A model generated the notes under the pieces. The model ran no database searches, was not told where the DNA came from, and saw only the letters and a program-made list of their open reading frames with translations. A stretch of DNA of 63,191 nt, counting the filler, from Hausera hauseri (taxonomy: Eukaryota): NCBI GenBank assembly GCA_046269625.1. It is 13 parts of 13 records of this genome, joined end to end, with 100 filler letters (N's around TTAATTAATTAA, not from the genome) between each part and the next. Parts side by side here need not be neighbours in the genome. Positions count along the whole stretch, not along the records: positions 1 to 4,309 come from JBJURY010643774.1; positions 4,410 to 8,979 come from JBJURY010523459.1; positions 9,080 to 15,173 come from JBJURY010141760.1; 10 more parts are not named here. The stretch is one strand, 5' to 3'. The position numbers and the translations under genes were made by a program. The number at the start of each line of letters is the position of its first letter. Position 1 is the first letter of the stretch. Positions 1 to 10,987 of the stretch are shown here, in pieces.

Positions 1-532
1 CATTTAGACACCGTTATCGAATACAGCTCATTATGGCTTTCGTTTCGAATACTACTTGATACTGGATTCCCTCATCAGTGCACGCACGGGTATCTGTGAC
101 GTCATCGGTGCATCGTGCACCTTTCATTCCGGTGTCGTTCGGCTACTCATCGCCCGATTGTTACGGGACTGGTGCCATTTCACCGCTAACGTTTTCCAGC
201 TCGCCGTAAACCACATGCCGATCCAGGCTCACTTTTTTTCCTTCGCTCCGTGAAGCCTCCTGGCATCCGATCGACTCCCTTCTTTCACCATTTGATACGC
301 CATTGCTGTTCCATTATTTCTGTGTGCCACACATGACCGTCCATCATTTCCTTCTAACATCTGCTTTTCTGTGCACGTTCCCTGATTCCGGAGTGCACCG
401 TGCACCACTGGAGATGTGATTTTTTAAATCTACACTGTCGAATTGACAAACCCAATACCTGTGTGCACATCAAGCACGCTTCGTGTTGGCTATCGGGGGA
501 GGGTGAGCCGGGACCGGCATTTTTCTACTACT
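1..532. mobile_element. Polinton/Maverick terminal region (end at 532)
   Basis: Ends ...TTTTTCTACTACT, i.e. 5'-AGTAGTAG on the minus strand, the typical Polinton terminus. The GTGCAC-rich subterminal DNA resembles the ends at 4631 and 20060. Confidence 0.65.
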
Positions 533-559
533 CAATGGGTCATAAGTACTGGGTTTGTC

Positions 560-1330
560 AGGTAGCACCATTAATGCCTTTTAAAGATGAAGTAATCGGC
601 AGAGTATTAACTACAATAGAATGTAAGAAGGTAGAAGTTAAATTAAAGCTAATCAAAGAATATACATCAGAATTACCGGTGACTTGTAACAATGTGCCAT
701 GTTACGTAGTGCCTGTGACAAGAATTCTATTAGAATCAAGTGATAAGCCAACCATATTGGAAAACTGTACATTTAGTATGTCACCAATGTTTAAAATAAA
801 TGGCGAACATTGGGCAAGGATGTCAAAGATTGAACAAGTACCAGTACTAGAAACACTTAGTCTAATAAACTTACAAACGAATAACAAATTCGAACTACTC
901 ATGGGCATTCCCCAAGGAGGAATCTATACCGAACAGAATCTAAAAGTTTATAGACGAATGTTACTATTCCCGCAGAAAAGACAAAGAGTGGTCATCAAAT
1001 TGACAAGACGAGTAATGTGGAACGGAGAAGACTTATTACAGTAGGAAAAGCAAATGCAAAGAGATTATCTTAAGAAAGTCACAAAAAGTGTTACGGAAAA
1101 TATGTGGGGAAAATTCCTACATTTCGGACAATCAGATTCAGTCTTTTGGAAACATATTTCATAATTAGTACAATGCGAACGATATTCACCGCTTTTGACA
1201 AAGCACATATAATGCATGCAGCAGTGGGATGTTCATAGAAGATTTTAATAGCAGTAATACCTGCAGTAGCTGGTTGCTTTTTAGCAAATCACGATGCAAA
1301 ATGGAAAACAAAAATACATAAAGAAAAATG
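560..1330 (+). pseudogene. C-terminal fragment of a chuvirus-like glycoprotein (retroelement env-like), third family
   Basis: IECKKVEV..SELPVT..PVTRILL..PMFKI..GGIYTEQNLKVYRRMLLFP, then MWGKFLHFGQS and a hydrophobic segment. The same motif series occurs in the glycoproteins at 52.1-53.1 kb and 55.0-56.0 kb. Stops and frameshifts after 1044. Confidence 0.75.
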
Positions 1331-1866
1331 AAAAGACGTTGAGAACAACTCTTCATGTAGTACACTCATTGATAAAAAGGATGATGACGACAATGATAAT
1401 CCAAACACTAGTAAATCCACTAATAAATATATTAAAAGACTAAAGCGAGTTTCGTAGACATCATGAAATATAAAGTAAAAAAACGCTATTATCACACTTG
1501 CCAGAAATAAATTTTGTCTATGAATATAATGGACAAGCCATATGTGCTGTAAACCTTACTTATGACCAATGGAATCAATTCCAACTCAACGAGTGAGTAG
1601 TAGGATGTGAAGACATGGCGCCAACCCCCTGCCGAGGAGAACAAATGTAGTTCTGGGATGAGTTATGCGGTAAAAAAACGATACACGCACGCGCGTTTAA
1701 CAGAGTGTAGATGGGAGGCGTGCAGTTATTATAGTGATACACACAAGCATGTGTACTGAATGGATACGGGGTGGTTAAAAATTTTAAATTTCGCGCCAAA
1801 ATATTTTTGTTTACATTTTGGTAGTCGGGTATAAATATTGCGTTGTTTCAACAAATAATACGATAA

Positions 1867-2172
1867 ATGGTATGATTTAAGTTTGTTCCCCGAAATTATC
1901 TATATACTTAGAATTACAAAATTGATTTAGATGCTGAAATTAAGCGACTTACACATAAAATATGCAGTGGGAAAATTGATTGTGTCCAATTTCTAAATGA
2001 ACTAGAGCATCAACACTTTTTATCAAAGGAAGGCTATGTAGAACTTATTGTTCGATCGATATTAATGACAAACATTAAAGAGGAATTTAGAAAAAGACAG
2101 GGAACTGTTTTACATATGTGTAGTGTTCTTACTGGTGCAGTTGTAATATTTTTATCAAAATTTGTTCGATAA
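1867..2172 (+). CDS. Putative spliced 87-aa tail-anchored membrane protein (ATG exon 1867-1869, intron 1870-1911, exon 1912-2172)
   Basis: TATA-like GTATAAAT near 1830, then ATG|gtatga...ttag|. Open frame MNYKIDLDAEIKRL...EFRKRQGTVLHMCSVLTGAVVIFLSKFVR*, immediately followed by AATAAA. Missing from the ORF track. Confidence 0.5.
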
Positions 2173-2304
2173 TAAATGTTAACCGTTGTATGTTATATAT
2201 GTTCACAATACCATAACAGTCTAAATGAAACGTATTTACTGCGATTAAAGCTTATTAATAAAAGAAACAGTAAAGAATTAAATATTTATTGATACGAAAA
2301 ATAA

Positions 2305-3560
2305 TCACACATTTGTATAATAATGTCCATATGTGACACTTTTGTTCCTGTCAATCCACTGGCGTTTGTCGTCGAACGGATCCTAGGCCTTTTTTCTATA
2401 TTGGATTGTCGTAAGCTAGTAGTTTTTAGTCCCAATTCTCTCCTGGTCCACTATGGTCCCACAACCGGTTTCATAAGCCTGTAGGTATCCGTCAAACTGC
2501 AAGTCTGCTTGCTTGAGACTTATGCTCTTGCATTTGAGGACTGGTTTGCTTTGGGTTTTGAGGGCACAGGATTTCGGCCGTAGGAAAATCTCCTCTTGAT
2601 CCTAAACGCTGCCCTTACTCTCATCTCTAAATTTTCCAATTACAGCTGCGAAACAAGTCGAGTACAGCGGATCGCTCTTGTCATAGTTCGACATATCTAA
2701 CTGCTCATTTGCTATCATTGCCGGTAAGAGTTGCGATTTTAAGTCAAGACCACGGCATTCAAGGAAGAAGCTGTCAGTATCACCGGCAACGATATTAAGT
2801 TCACATTGAAACTGGTGCCTAAACGTCTCCTAGTCGATAAAATTCAACTCATACATCCGTAACTTGGAAAGATCAAGTACGGCCTGACCTATGTATGAGG
2901 GACTATCTAATGTCAACATGTCTTTATCGAGGAGAACGGCAACCAGCTATTATTATACTCTCTTTAACTGGGCCTTGATAGCATATGTAATAATCTTCTT
3001 AACATTATTACACAGTCTTAGGTTGGACCTTTTCAACAGGTTTTTCCATACAAACTGTTGTGTTTAAGATTGAAAAAGTCCTTCTCAAAAGGATTATTCG
3101 CTGCAGCTTTCTTTTCAGTGTTTAGATTGATATAATCCTTAAAAACATAACCCTGGTCAAACTCAACAGCCCGATGAACCTTTTTAACCGCAGCGCTTAA
3201 CTCAATGTACAACTGTAAGATCCGGTAGTAAACAACATAATTGGACTTACGCTCATGTGCAAAAAGCAATTTCTTAACTTTTGAACCAGGAGGGCACGGA
3301 CTTATTGGAACTAAAGCAGTTGGTCTAATTTATCATGCTTGTTAGCCGGAATACTTAAACCAACTTCAAATACCAAGCCTCGTTTTCCTTAACACAGTCA
3401 ACATAAGGCAATTGCTCCATTAGACTATTTAACTTATCTTCATCATAAATCCAAGTAAAATTCGCAAATGGCAAAGGTTGCGATAAAACCCAGCCCTACA
3501 AATTATTTACATCTATACATAAGAGACTGGTGCTTTTATCGGAGACAACTCTATACTTAT
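2305..3560 (-). pseudogene. Polinton-type protein-primed DNA polymerase B, C-terminal half (decayed)
   Basis: Motif A YIDVNNL, motif B KDFFNLKHNSLYGKT, motif C GDTDSFF, C-terminal DKRQWI..TYGH; many frameshifts and stops. Confidence 0.85.
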
Positions 3561-3564
3561 TTAC

Positions 3565-3796
3565 TGTGAGGAGGAATTAAAACAGATGTTAGAGTTTAAA
3601 TTTAATTCAAAGGTAATTCAGTAAACAGCCAACAGAAAGTCACGAAATTCAAAAAAGAAGGGAAATAAGGCTCACTTCTCGAATGAAGGAGATAAATGTT
3701 ATATAAACTTTTATAATAAATATCTGATGGATAAATCAATCTTACAATCATCAAGTAATGTTGAGGTCTGGATGGTAGAGACGTGATCTACTCACA
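3565..3796 (+). repeat. LTR (232 bp) of a small Gypsy-like element, followed directly by PBS-like TGGCGACC
   Basis: TGTGAG...CTCACA terminal inverted repeat, internal TATATAAA and AATAAA, TGGCGACC at 3797, gag-like ORF downstream. Confidence 0.7.
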
Positions 3797-4200
3797 TGGC
3801 GACCAACGCTTCACGAGACTTTTTCGAGAAGAAATTGATGCCAAAAGACAACGTGGAAACCTTTATTGGAAAATGCGAGAGATACTTCGACTTCATAAAG
3901 ATGTCGGAGGCGAATCGGAAAATGGCGGTTCTGTGCCTATTGGCGGATGAAGCACCGGAAAAATACTATTTGGTGAGCCAGAAGGTAAAAGGTTATCAAA
4001 ACCGGTTGAGAAGGACCTTTGCAAAACCGACAACGCTGTGCGGAGATATTCGGGAGGCATTGGACTACAGAATGAATGGGGCAGAACCGGACGCCTACTT
4101 TAACAAAATCGAACAGCTGGTGAATGGCATCCTTAGCCACAAAATAACAGTGGAAGCTCTAACAGAGGAATTAATGATCCACTGTTGCGACAATCTAGAG
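3796..4200 (+). pseudogene. gag: Truncated retrotransposon gag-like ORF
   Basis: Helical capsid-like sequence (VETFIGKCERYF...DAYFNKIEQL) directly after the LTR/PBS. It switches to Polinton integrase sequence at about 4201. Confidence 0.55.
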
Positions 4201-4309
4201 ATTTATGATATAACAGATGATGATGATAAAATTGTTCGGGGAAAGTTTTATGAGCAGGAATTACAGGTCCTGCCAAAGAAACCTGAGGTGTACAGAGTGG
4301 AGAAAATCA
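4201..4309 (+). pseudogene. Polinton integrase C-terminal fragment
   Basis: YDITDDDDKIVRGKFYEQELQVL..EVYRVEKI matches YRIKDSSAEEIKGKFYGQELQVL..DIFRIQSV at 23.8 kb. Confidence 0.75.
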
Positions 4310-4409
4310 NNNNNNNNNNNNNNNNNNNNNNNNNNNNNNNNNNNNNNNNNNNNTTAATTAATTAANNNNNNNNNNNNNNNNNNNNNNNNNNNNNNNNNNN
4401 NNNNNNNNN
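4310..4409. other. Artificial contig-joining spacer (first of 12)
   Basis: 44 N + TTAATTAATTAA (stops in all six frames) + 44 N. The same spacer occurs at 8980-9079, 15174-15273, 19461-19560, 24006-24105, 28574-28673, 34918-35017, 39293-39392, 44518-44617, 49128-49227, 54183-54282 and 58657-58756. Confidence 0.98.
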
Positions 4410-4631
4410 CATTGATATGCCCTACCGATTAGCACTTTGTTTCGATCGATTCGATCAACACTGCACTGTGCAGCGATAGATTTGTGAAATGTGCACAAAT
4501 GTGCTTAGCAACAGTGCGTAGCGGCACCGTCGCCTAGTACTCTACCGATCGACAGTGCTCCGTGTGCACTATCGATTTATCGACGCGCACACTTCTCGGG
4601 GCGTGAGGGGAACCCGCATTTTTCCCCTACT
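4410..4631. mobile_element. Polinton terminal inverted repeat end (end at 4631)
   Basis: Ends CATTTTTCCCCTACT (5'-AGTAG on the minus strand). About 150 bp is clearly homologous to 19830-19990 (TCGATTCGATCAA.ACTGCACTGTGCAGCGAT...CTTAGCAACAGTGC). Confidence 0.7.
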
Positions 4632-7600
4632 CATATAGTCCTGAAAACTGATCTTCTTGGCCAAAGTAGCTTTTTGAACGCCCTTGGCTCTCTTTTTGAT
4701 CTGACCACATACGTCTAGAGCATATACCTTAGATCTGAGAGCTACAAATCTTGAAATGACTGCTCCATTCACCTCCTTCGGATAGTTATCGGATAGATAT
4801 CCATATGTTGGGTCAACTGGGAAAAGTCCTCACAAATATCCCCTGTATGTATCCGAATGATGAAACTATCAGTATCCATGTACATCAGCTGCATGGACTT
4901 GAACTTGGGGACCATTATACCGCAATGGAATCTGTACATTAGGGCCTTTGACAGGTCGAGGATTGCCATACCCACATATATGGCCTTGTTGAATGCCAAT
5001 GTTGTTTTTAGCATTTGGGTGCCTACCAAGTTTTCAGTATATATTGTGCTGCTACGGAATTTAAGCTTGGCAATAAGCTTCTTTGCCCACTTCCAGTCAC
5101 ATACTAGCTCAATGTTAATTCTGTTGTGGATATTCTTTATGGTCGTGCCAAAAACTCTGTTATGATATAGTTTGAATTGGTCTTTCTCAAAGTCGTTCTG
5201 GGCATTAGTCCGCAGCTTCGTATTGAGATCTGTGTATGACTGCAATCACATAGTCTGTCTTAACTACAGGGCTCTATGGATCTTGGCAATACGAATTCCA
5301 TGCCTAACTGCTTGCTGGAGTTTGATGTAGTGGACTACATACCTCTCCCTATTACACAAATGACAGAGCAGCTTTCTATGCTTCCTATCGGGTGGAAGCC
5401 TGCTGTTAGGGAGGAAAGTCAGATGTTAATGCCTTGCGCGGATGGAAGCCGGATGTTCCATATCCACCTCCATTATGTATCCCGCATCACCAGTGGGATC
5501 TAGGTCCAATATAGGGATGTTTTCAGGATTCGCAACCCATTTAAAGTTATCATGTGGCAATGGGGTGCTCATTACCCATCCATACAAGTTATTGGCATTT
5601 AGGTATTATATGTATGAGGGTTCCTTGGATGGATCATACTGGGCCATATACATGTTGTTGGCCTCACTATACCGCTAAATGGCCTTGAATATTCCGCCTC
5701 TAATGTTTTTCTCGATCATATGGATCATATCATAATCCTTAATGATCTGCAGCCTAATACTAATATATCTCAGCACTACTGCCCAGCTCATCCCTGGAGC
5801 CGTAAAGAAATAAGCCTGATTCAATGCATGGCTCTTCATTGTAACATCCCTGAAGCTCTCAAAGACATCTGTCAGAAGCCGAACATCGATTTTGGAAATA
5901 TATATATATCACTATATTCCCCTATTTTCCGGCATTGGAATGCATGTCAGACGTTCTGGGCATGCTGTTAGTCAGCATCACTTATATCGCAATCAGAGAG
6001 GATATTGTGAAAGTCCTTCTTGTCCGACAGTGAGGTCTCATTCAGTGTTTCCCATGAGGTTATGTATTCATAGGGAAATACTCCTTTCCTTTTAATAAGG
6101 TCAAAGGTAGTGGGGAAGAATTGCTTTGTCTCCTTGAGTTCTTCTGCAGGGAGGTTCTTCACTAAACTGTCCATGAAGACGACATGAAACGAAAGCTGTC
6201 TATGAAGCGAAGCCTGATTTTTCCCACATGCTTCGTAAATGTGATGTATTTTTCCTCACTGTAGGGGATCATATCAATGTTTCCTTCAATGTTGCCCAGT
6301 TCCCAAACAATGAAGTTGGAATCATAGCCACTGAGGTTGCGAAAAACAACAGGCATATATGTACATGTTTTTCAGCGAAGATTGAAGTTGTTGCATGCTG
6401 CCCCTCGATATGCACCTGTAAAAGGGCAATGATCTTTGACTTTATGATTTTCCTTCGTGAAGGACTTGTCGCACAAGTAACATGTTGTTGCCTTGCGCCA
6501 TTCTTCTGCTTGTGTCCACGACATTCTCATTGTATTCTTATGCTGCTGAAGCATGTTTTCAAGTTTATGAACCATATCTTCAAGACGTTTCATGAAATGT
6601 GCTGCTGCACCCTGACCCCTAAATAGAAATGGTTCATTGTCCAGTCCTTTGGCATACATGCAATACGATGACAGTTCATGATATTGATATGCCGTTGTGC
6701 TGCTATGTTGGGTATTGTGAGTGCAGCTGTGAATTGGCCGGAGAATAGCTTCAAAGTCGCTATAGATAACTATTGGAACTTGGTCTTATTCTCGAACTTT
6801 TGAATTCAATATACTCCTCCTTGGGAAATTCTGGCCTAATACAGTAATTGTTGTTGCAGTACATCTTGTACTCTGCAAGCTTGTCCACAGCTGAATCACC
6901 ACTGAAATTGGAAAAGCATCGTTTACATATTTCTATTTGTCCATGATGATTAGTAATTTTGGATATAACTAGACGCTCAAAATTCTTAATTTAAACATAA
7001 TGTTTCTTTTCTCCATCGTCTAGTAGGAGCAGATCCCTATGATCTTCCAATTCAGTATCATATATCTGCAGGGGATAACATTTGTTCACCTTATCCAATC
7101 CAATGATATTGATGGATATATTGTTGATTCGGCTGAACTTCTTAATTTCATATAAAGATAGAGGGAATATGATACAATGGAAGTCATATTTGTGCTTCAG
7201 ATCATTATATAGCCAAACTAGATCTGCTGAATGTTTTTGACCCGGTACGAGATTTGAATGGTATACATGAAACACTTGTTGCCATTATTATGGACATTGA
7301 TGCATGCTTTTTATTAGCAATCCATTTCGGAAGCTGTATATATGAACTATCCTGCATGGGGGAGAATCTGTACACATACACATGCAATCTTTTGATGGTT
7401 TTTAAAGTCCATCCACTCTTCTTATCCTGGCTCTCATCAGCTTCACGGATCATCTTTGTATGCACTTCACGCAGCCATTTTACTATATGGGTGGCTTCAA
7501 AAATGGGTCTATTTCTGGTCTTGAAGGCCTTTTTGGACTCTTCGCCATGAACATTGACGTATGTGGCCTCCAGTTTTATATTAGCCTTAATGGCCTTGAG

Positions 7601-8373
7601 CTCAGCTATGTTGTCCTGGAGAATTCCCTCTGTTTCTTCCTCTGTGTACTCCGGGAACTCCTTGATGGTTGTTTGATCAATTGCATCAATGGCATATTTG
7701 CGGCATTTTTTCTTTAGTTCTGCAGGATCAACTGGCCGCTGTCATTGACTCTTTGATGAAGCCACTACGCCTGATGCGCCTGATGCTCCTGATGCGTTTG
7801 ATGCGCGTTTTAATCCTGCATCTGGCTGTACTGCAGGCTGTGGTACTGCAGGCTGTCAACTAGCTTATGTTCAATAAAGATGATCTTCTTTGACTTTGAT
7901 GCGAAGTCAGTCAAATGATGTTTGGGATCTTTATAAAACTGTATGTATTCTCCATCACATACAGCCTCACATCCTGGGAAAATACAATAAATGATCCTAT
8001 TGAATTTGCATCCATAATAGCTGCTTATGGTAGTGTAACAATTCTGAAGGTTGTGTATTGCACATGTGCAATACACATATGAACTGCATCTTTTATTTCC
8101 CTTTGGCACGAAAGTCGTTTTATTTTTTCGACTTGGTGAAGCAAATCAAGTGCTGTTTATGGACATTGTAAAAGTCTTCATAATTGGTTTGACACACTAC
8201 CTCACATGTAGGGCATATATAATACTGAACCATGTTGTAAATATGGCTAAAGTATTTCATCATAATAATGTGGCAATTTTCAGGCTCACGGATTTGAGCC
8301 AAGCATTCTCTGTAAAATTTGCACATCTAAAAATCAACCATTGATTTAGGAGCACAATTAAAATACTTACCAT
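4632..8373 (-). pseudogene. Polinton protein-primed DNA polymerase B with N-terminal extension and endonuclease VII-like insert (decayed, near full length)
   Basis: SGWTL..SSYIQLP, HRDLLLL..KHYV, YSDFEA (Exo I), CYLC..KDHCPFTG..ACNNFNL (Endo VII-like), NLSGYDS (Exo II), KGVFPY, KLYHNRVFGTT, YMDTDSF, LRSKVY..KRAKGV. Truncated at KKISFQDYM by the terminus at 4631. Confidence 0.92.
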
Positions 8374-9156
8374 TTGTTGAAGTGATTTTGGAAATAATAA
8401 AAAATATAGCCGTATTACCATGTACTGCCCCGATTATTGATTGGTTTTAATGCACTTATGTTTTAATGCATCAATTAAATTAAATGATTTGTGGCGCCAA
8501 ATTTAAAGTTTTTGACCATGGGAAATCGAATGGCGTCATTAGATTCTTCGAATAATGCACGCTTGATTGAATATTCGAGTTCGAATAGATAATTATTTGA
8601 ATATCTAACATTATATTATGATTCGGCATATAAGACTTCCTATCCCGCCCCGCTATTAGGTTTATTGATTTCCGCTTCACTGGGATTCAAATGTAGATTT
8701 TGCTTACTTCGAAATATTGATTTTATATCTATATAGTACAGCTTCCTGGAATAACCTTAGTGCATAAGAGAGTTTTCATATATGGGAAATTGATTCGCAT
8801 TGTTAGATTTTTTCAAATAGTTCGAACTTTGGTATTCGAGCTCCATAATATTCGAATTTCGAATATCTGACTTGAGATTCGAGATCGCCATATTCGACTT
8901 CCAATCTGTCCCCGCTAATAATAATGTCGCATTTTTTACTTCTTAGGACCTAAAAGCCTCTGGAGTGTCTGCGCCAGGTNNNNNNNNNNNNNNNNNNNNN
9001 NNNNNNNNNNNNNNNNNNNNNNNTTAATTAATTAANNNNNNNNNNNNNNNNNNNNNNNNNNNNNNNNNNNNNNNNNNNNAAAGTTCTTTGGAGATAATTG
9101 AAGAAGTGCGAAATGACATGATATTCAAAGGCCAATATTGCATACTTCAAGGATTA

Positions 9157-10838
9157 CACGGCGCTACAAATTTTCATGAAAGTCGTAGTTATGGGCATTT
9201 TTTCGCAATATATGTAATTTATTGCGAAAAAAAGAATCTGCAATCAGTTTTGTTCTAATGTCAACCGCTCAAACAAAAGTTTGAAAATTATACTTATATG
9301 CTCATGAGCGCTAATGGAAAAAAGACATGATATTTTACATACTGATCAACAGGACAATTAATAAAGTAAATAATTACAATTCTATTTCACATCATTACGA
9401 AATATCAAAAATGAGTTCTTGAGCGAGTTTGTCTTTTGTACTAGCAAGAAACCACGAACCATACCCCACACATAGTCCCCATCATAGCCGCATCCCATCT
9501 CCTTTGATAATGCTTTTCCATAACTTGAATGTCCTGGTGAACCATTCACCATGTTTTTATGTTTTTTACTAACAGATCCCAAATTCGATCTGAAGAAATC
9601 CAGATGCGAATGGCGAAAATGCATCTTTATTGACATTCGGCATCCAAAACTCTCATATGTCTTCATCAAATTCTTAAAAAGATTTTCATAACTGTCACTC
9701 CTGTTTTTTCAAAGAAATCCACTCACCACCCTTCCGAGCACCTGCCATGTCTTTCTTTAAATCCCTGACATCATCTTCTGTAACTCTTGACATTGTTACA
9801 TGTCATGAATTTGAGGTCCTGTAAAAACACCGGCTTTGAGATTTGCGTCTGAGTTTTGGGAACATAGAGCAAATGTATTGGAATGTAGTTGACTAAGAAT
9901 CCAGTGCAGTAACATACTGCTTGGCAAGACCGAGCTTTATATGCAAAGGTGATAGCAGAACTTTAGTTGGAACAATCAAGTTGTCATGACGGACGTTGTA
10001 ATGACCAACAGTTAAGTCAGGGCGAGCAGGCCAGTCTTCGGCAACATCAAAATATTTATCAAAGGATTGGTGTCTTTTTGTGTACTTAGATATTCTGCAT
10101 GATGAATCCAACAAATCCCACTCTTTCAACCTGAATGTGAGCAATTCTGCGCCGGATTTCGACAAACACATCTTGATTAAGTCATCCATTTACTTCACAT
10201 TTCGAAAATGTGGCTGTTTGTCCGTGTCAGGATTCCACTTATAATCATAATCTATTGAGATATCTTTGTCTGACATTTCTAAGGAAACTGGTGGAATTGG
10301 AACAGGCAGCTGATCACTATGAGGAAATGGTACATTAGATGATGGTATGTCAGGATATGCAAGCTTTGCTCTGTCTGTAGTTTTCTTGTATTTAGAGACA
10401 AAAATAGCAGTCATTGTGATTTACGGGTTCACGCTACACACGGGAAATAGCAAATGGCATGCTTTTTCTATCTCCTCTTAACCATCTCTAAAGCTGACCT
10501 GCAAGTGGCACAAGATACATGAGGTGCCCGTTTCTTATCTTGGTCACCAATGTCCATACTAAAATAAGCAGCATATGCTGTCCAGAGTTTAGTACCATGA
10601 GATAATTGATGTTTCGACTGTTTTGGACCAATGTAGAAACCACAAATGTAACAAAATGCATCTGCTTACCCCTTAAAAAGTCTATACAGATAAATCTATA
10701 CTAAATATAATCAAAAAATCATTTTTTCAAAAAAACGGTGAAGGTAGGGAAAATATGATGGCATGATTAGATTCAGAGGATTTTATTTACTAAAGAAGCA
10801 TTTTCAAAATGACATAACTATATATTTGTTGCGCTGTG
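9157..10838 (-). mobile_element. CMC-Chapaev3-like DNA transposon, internally deleted, both ends intact
   Basis: TIRs CACGGCGCTACAAAT / CACAGCGCAACAAAT (13/15), with TTA on both flanks (3-bp TWA TSD). Transposase relic motifs FCYICG, GDQDK..APH..C..C, LHIKLGL.KQ.V.AL, GCRMSIKMHF.HSHLDFF, DYVW. Confidence 0.85.
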
Positions 10839-10987
10839 TTACACCAATTTTTATGACAAAATATTAATGAAACGCATTTTTCTCTACCAACGTATTACCA
10901 AGATTTCTTAATACGTGCAACAGTTTATATATGGGGTGTGTATTTGTGTATATTTGTTAACATTCAATTTATTCGAAATTAATTTAG

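Larger units (their letters stand above)
1596..3564. mobile_element. Polinton/Maverick left end with a small gene and the PolB 3' half
   Basis: Begins AGTAGTAG at 1596. Followed by a small + strand gene and a convergent pPolB fragment; cut off at 3565 by an LTR insertion. Confidence 0.6.

Noticed and set aside
400-560. N-terminus of the 214-aa ORF at 400-1044
   Set aside because: It is read-through from Polinton terminal DNA; only the part after about 560 is glycoprotein.
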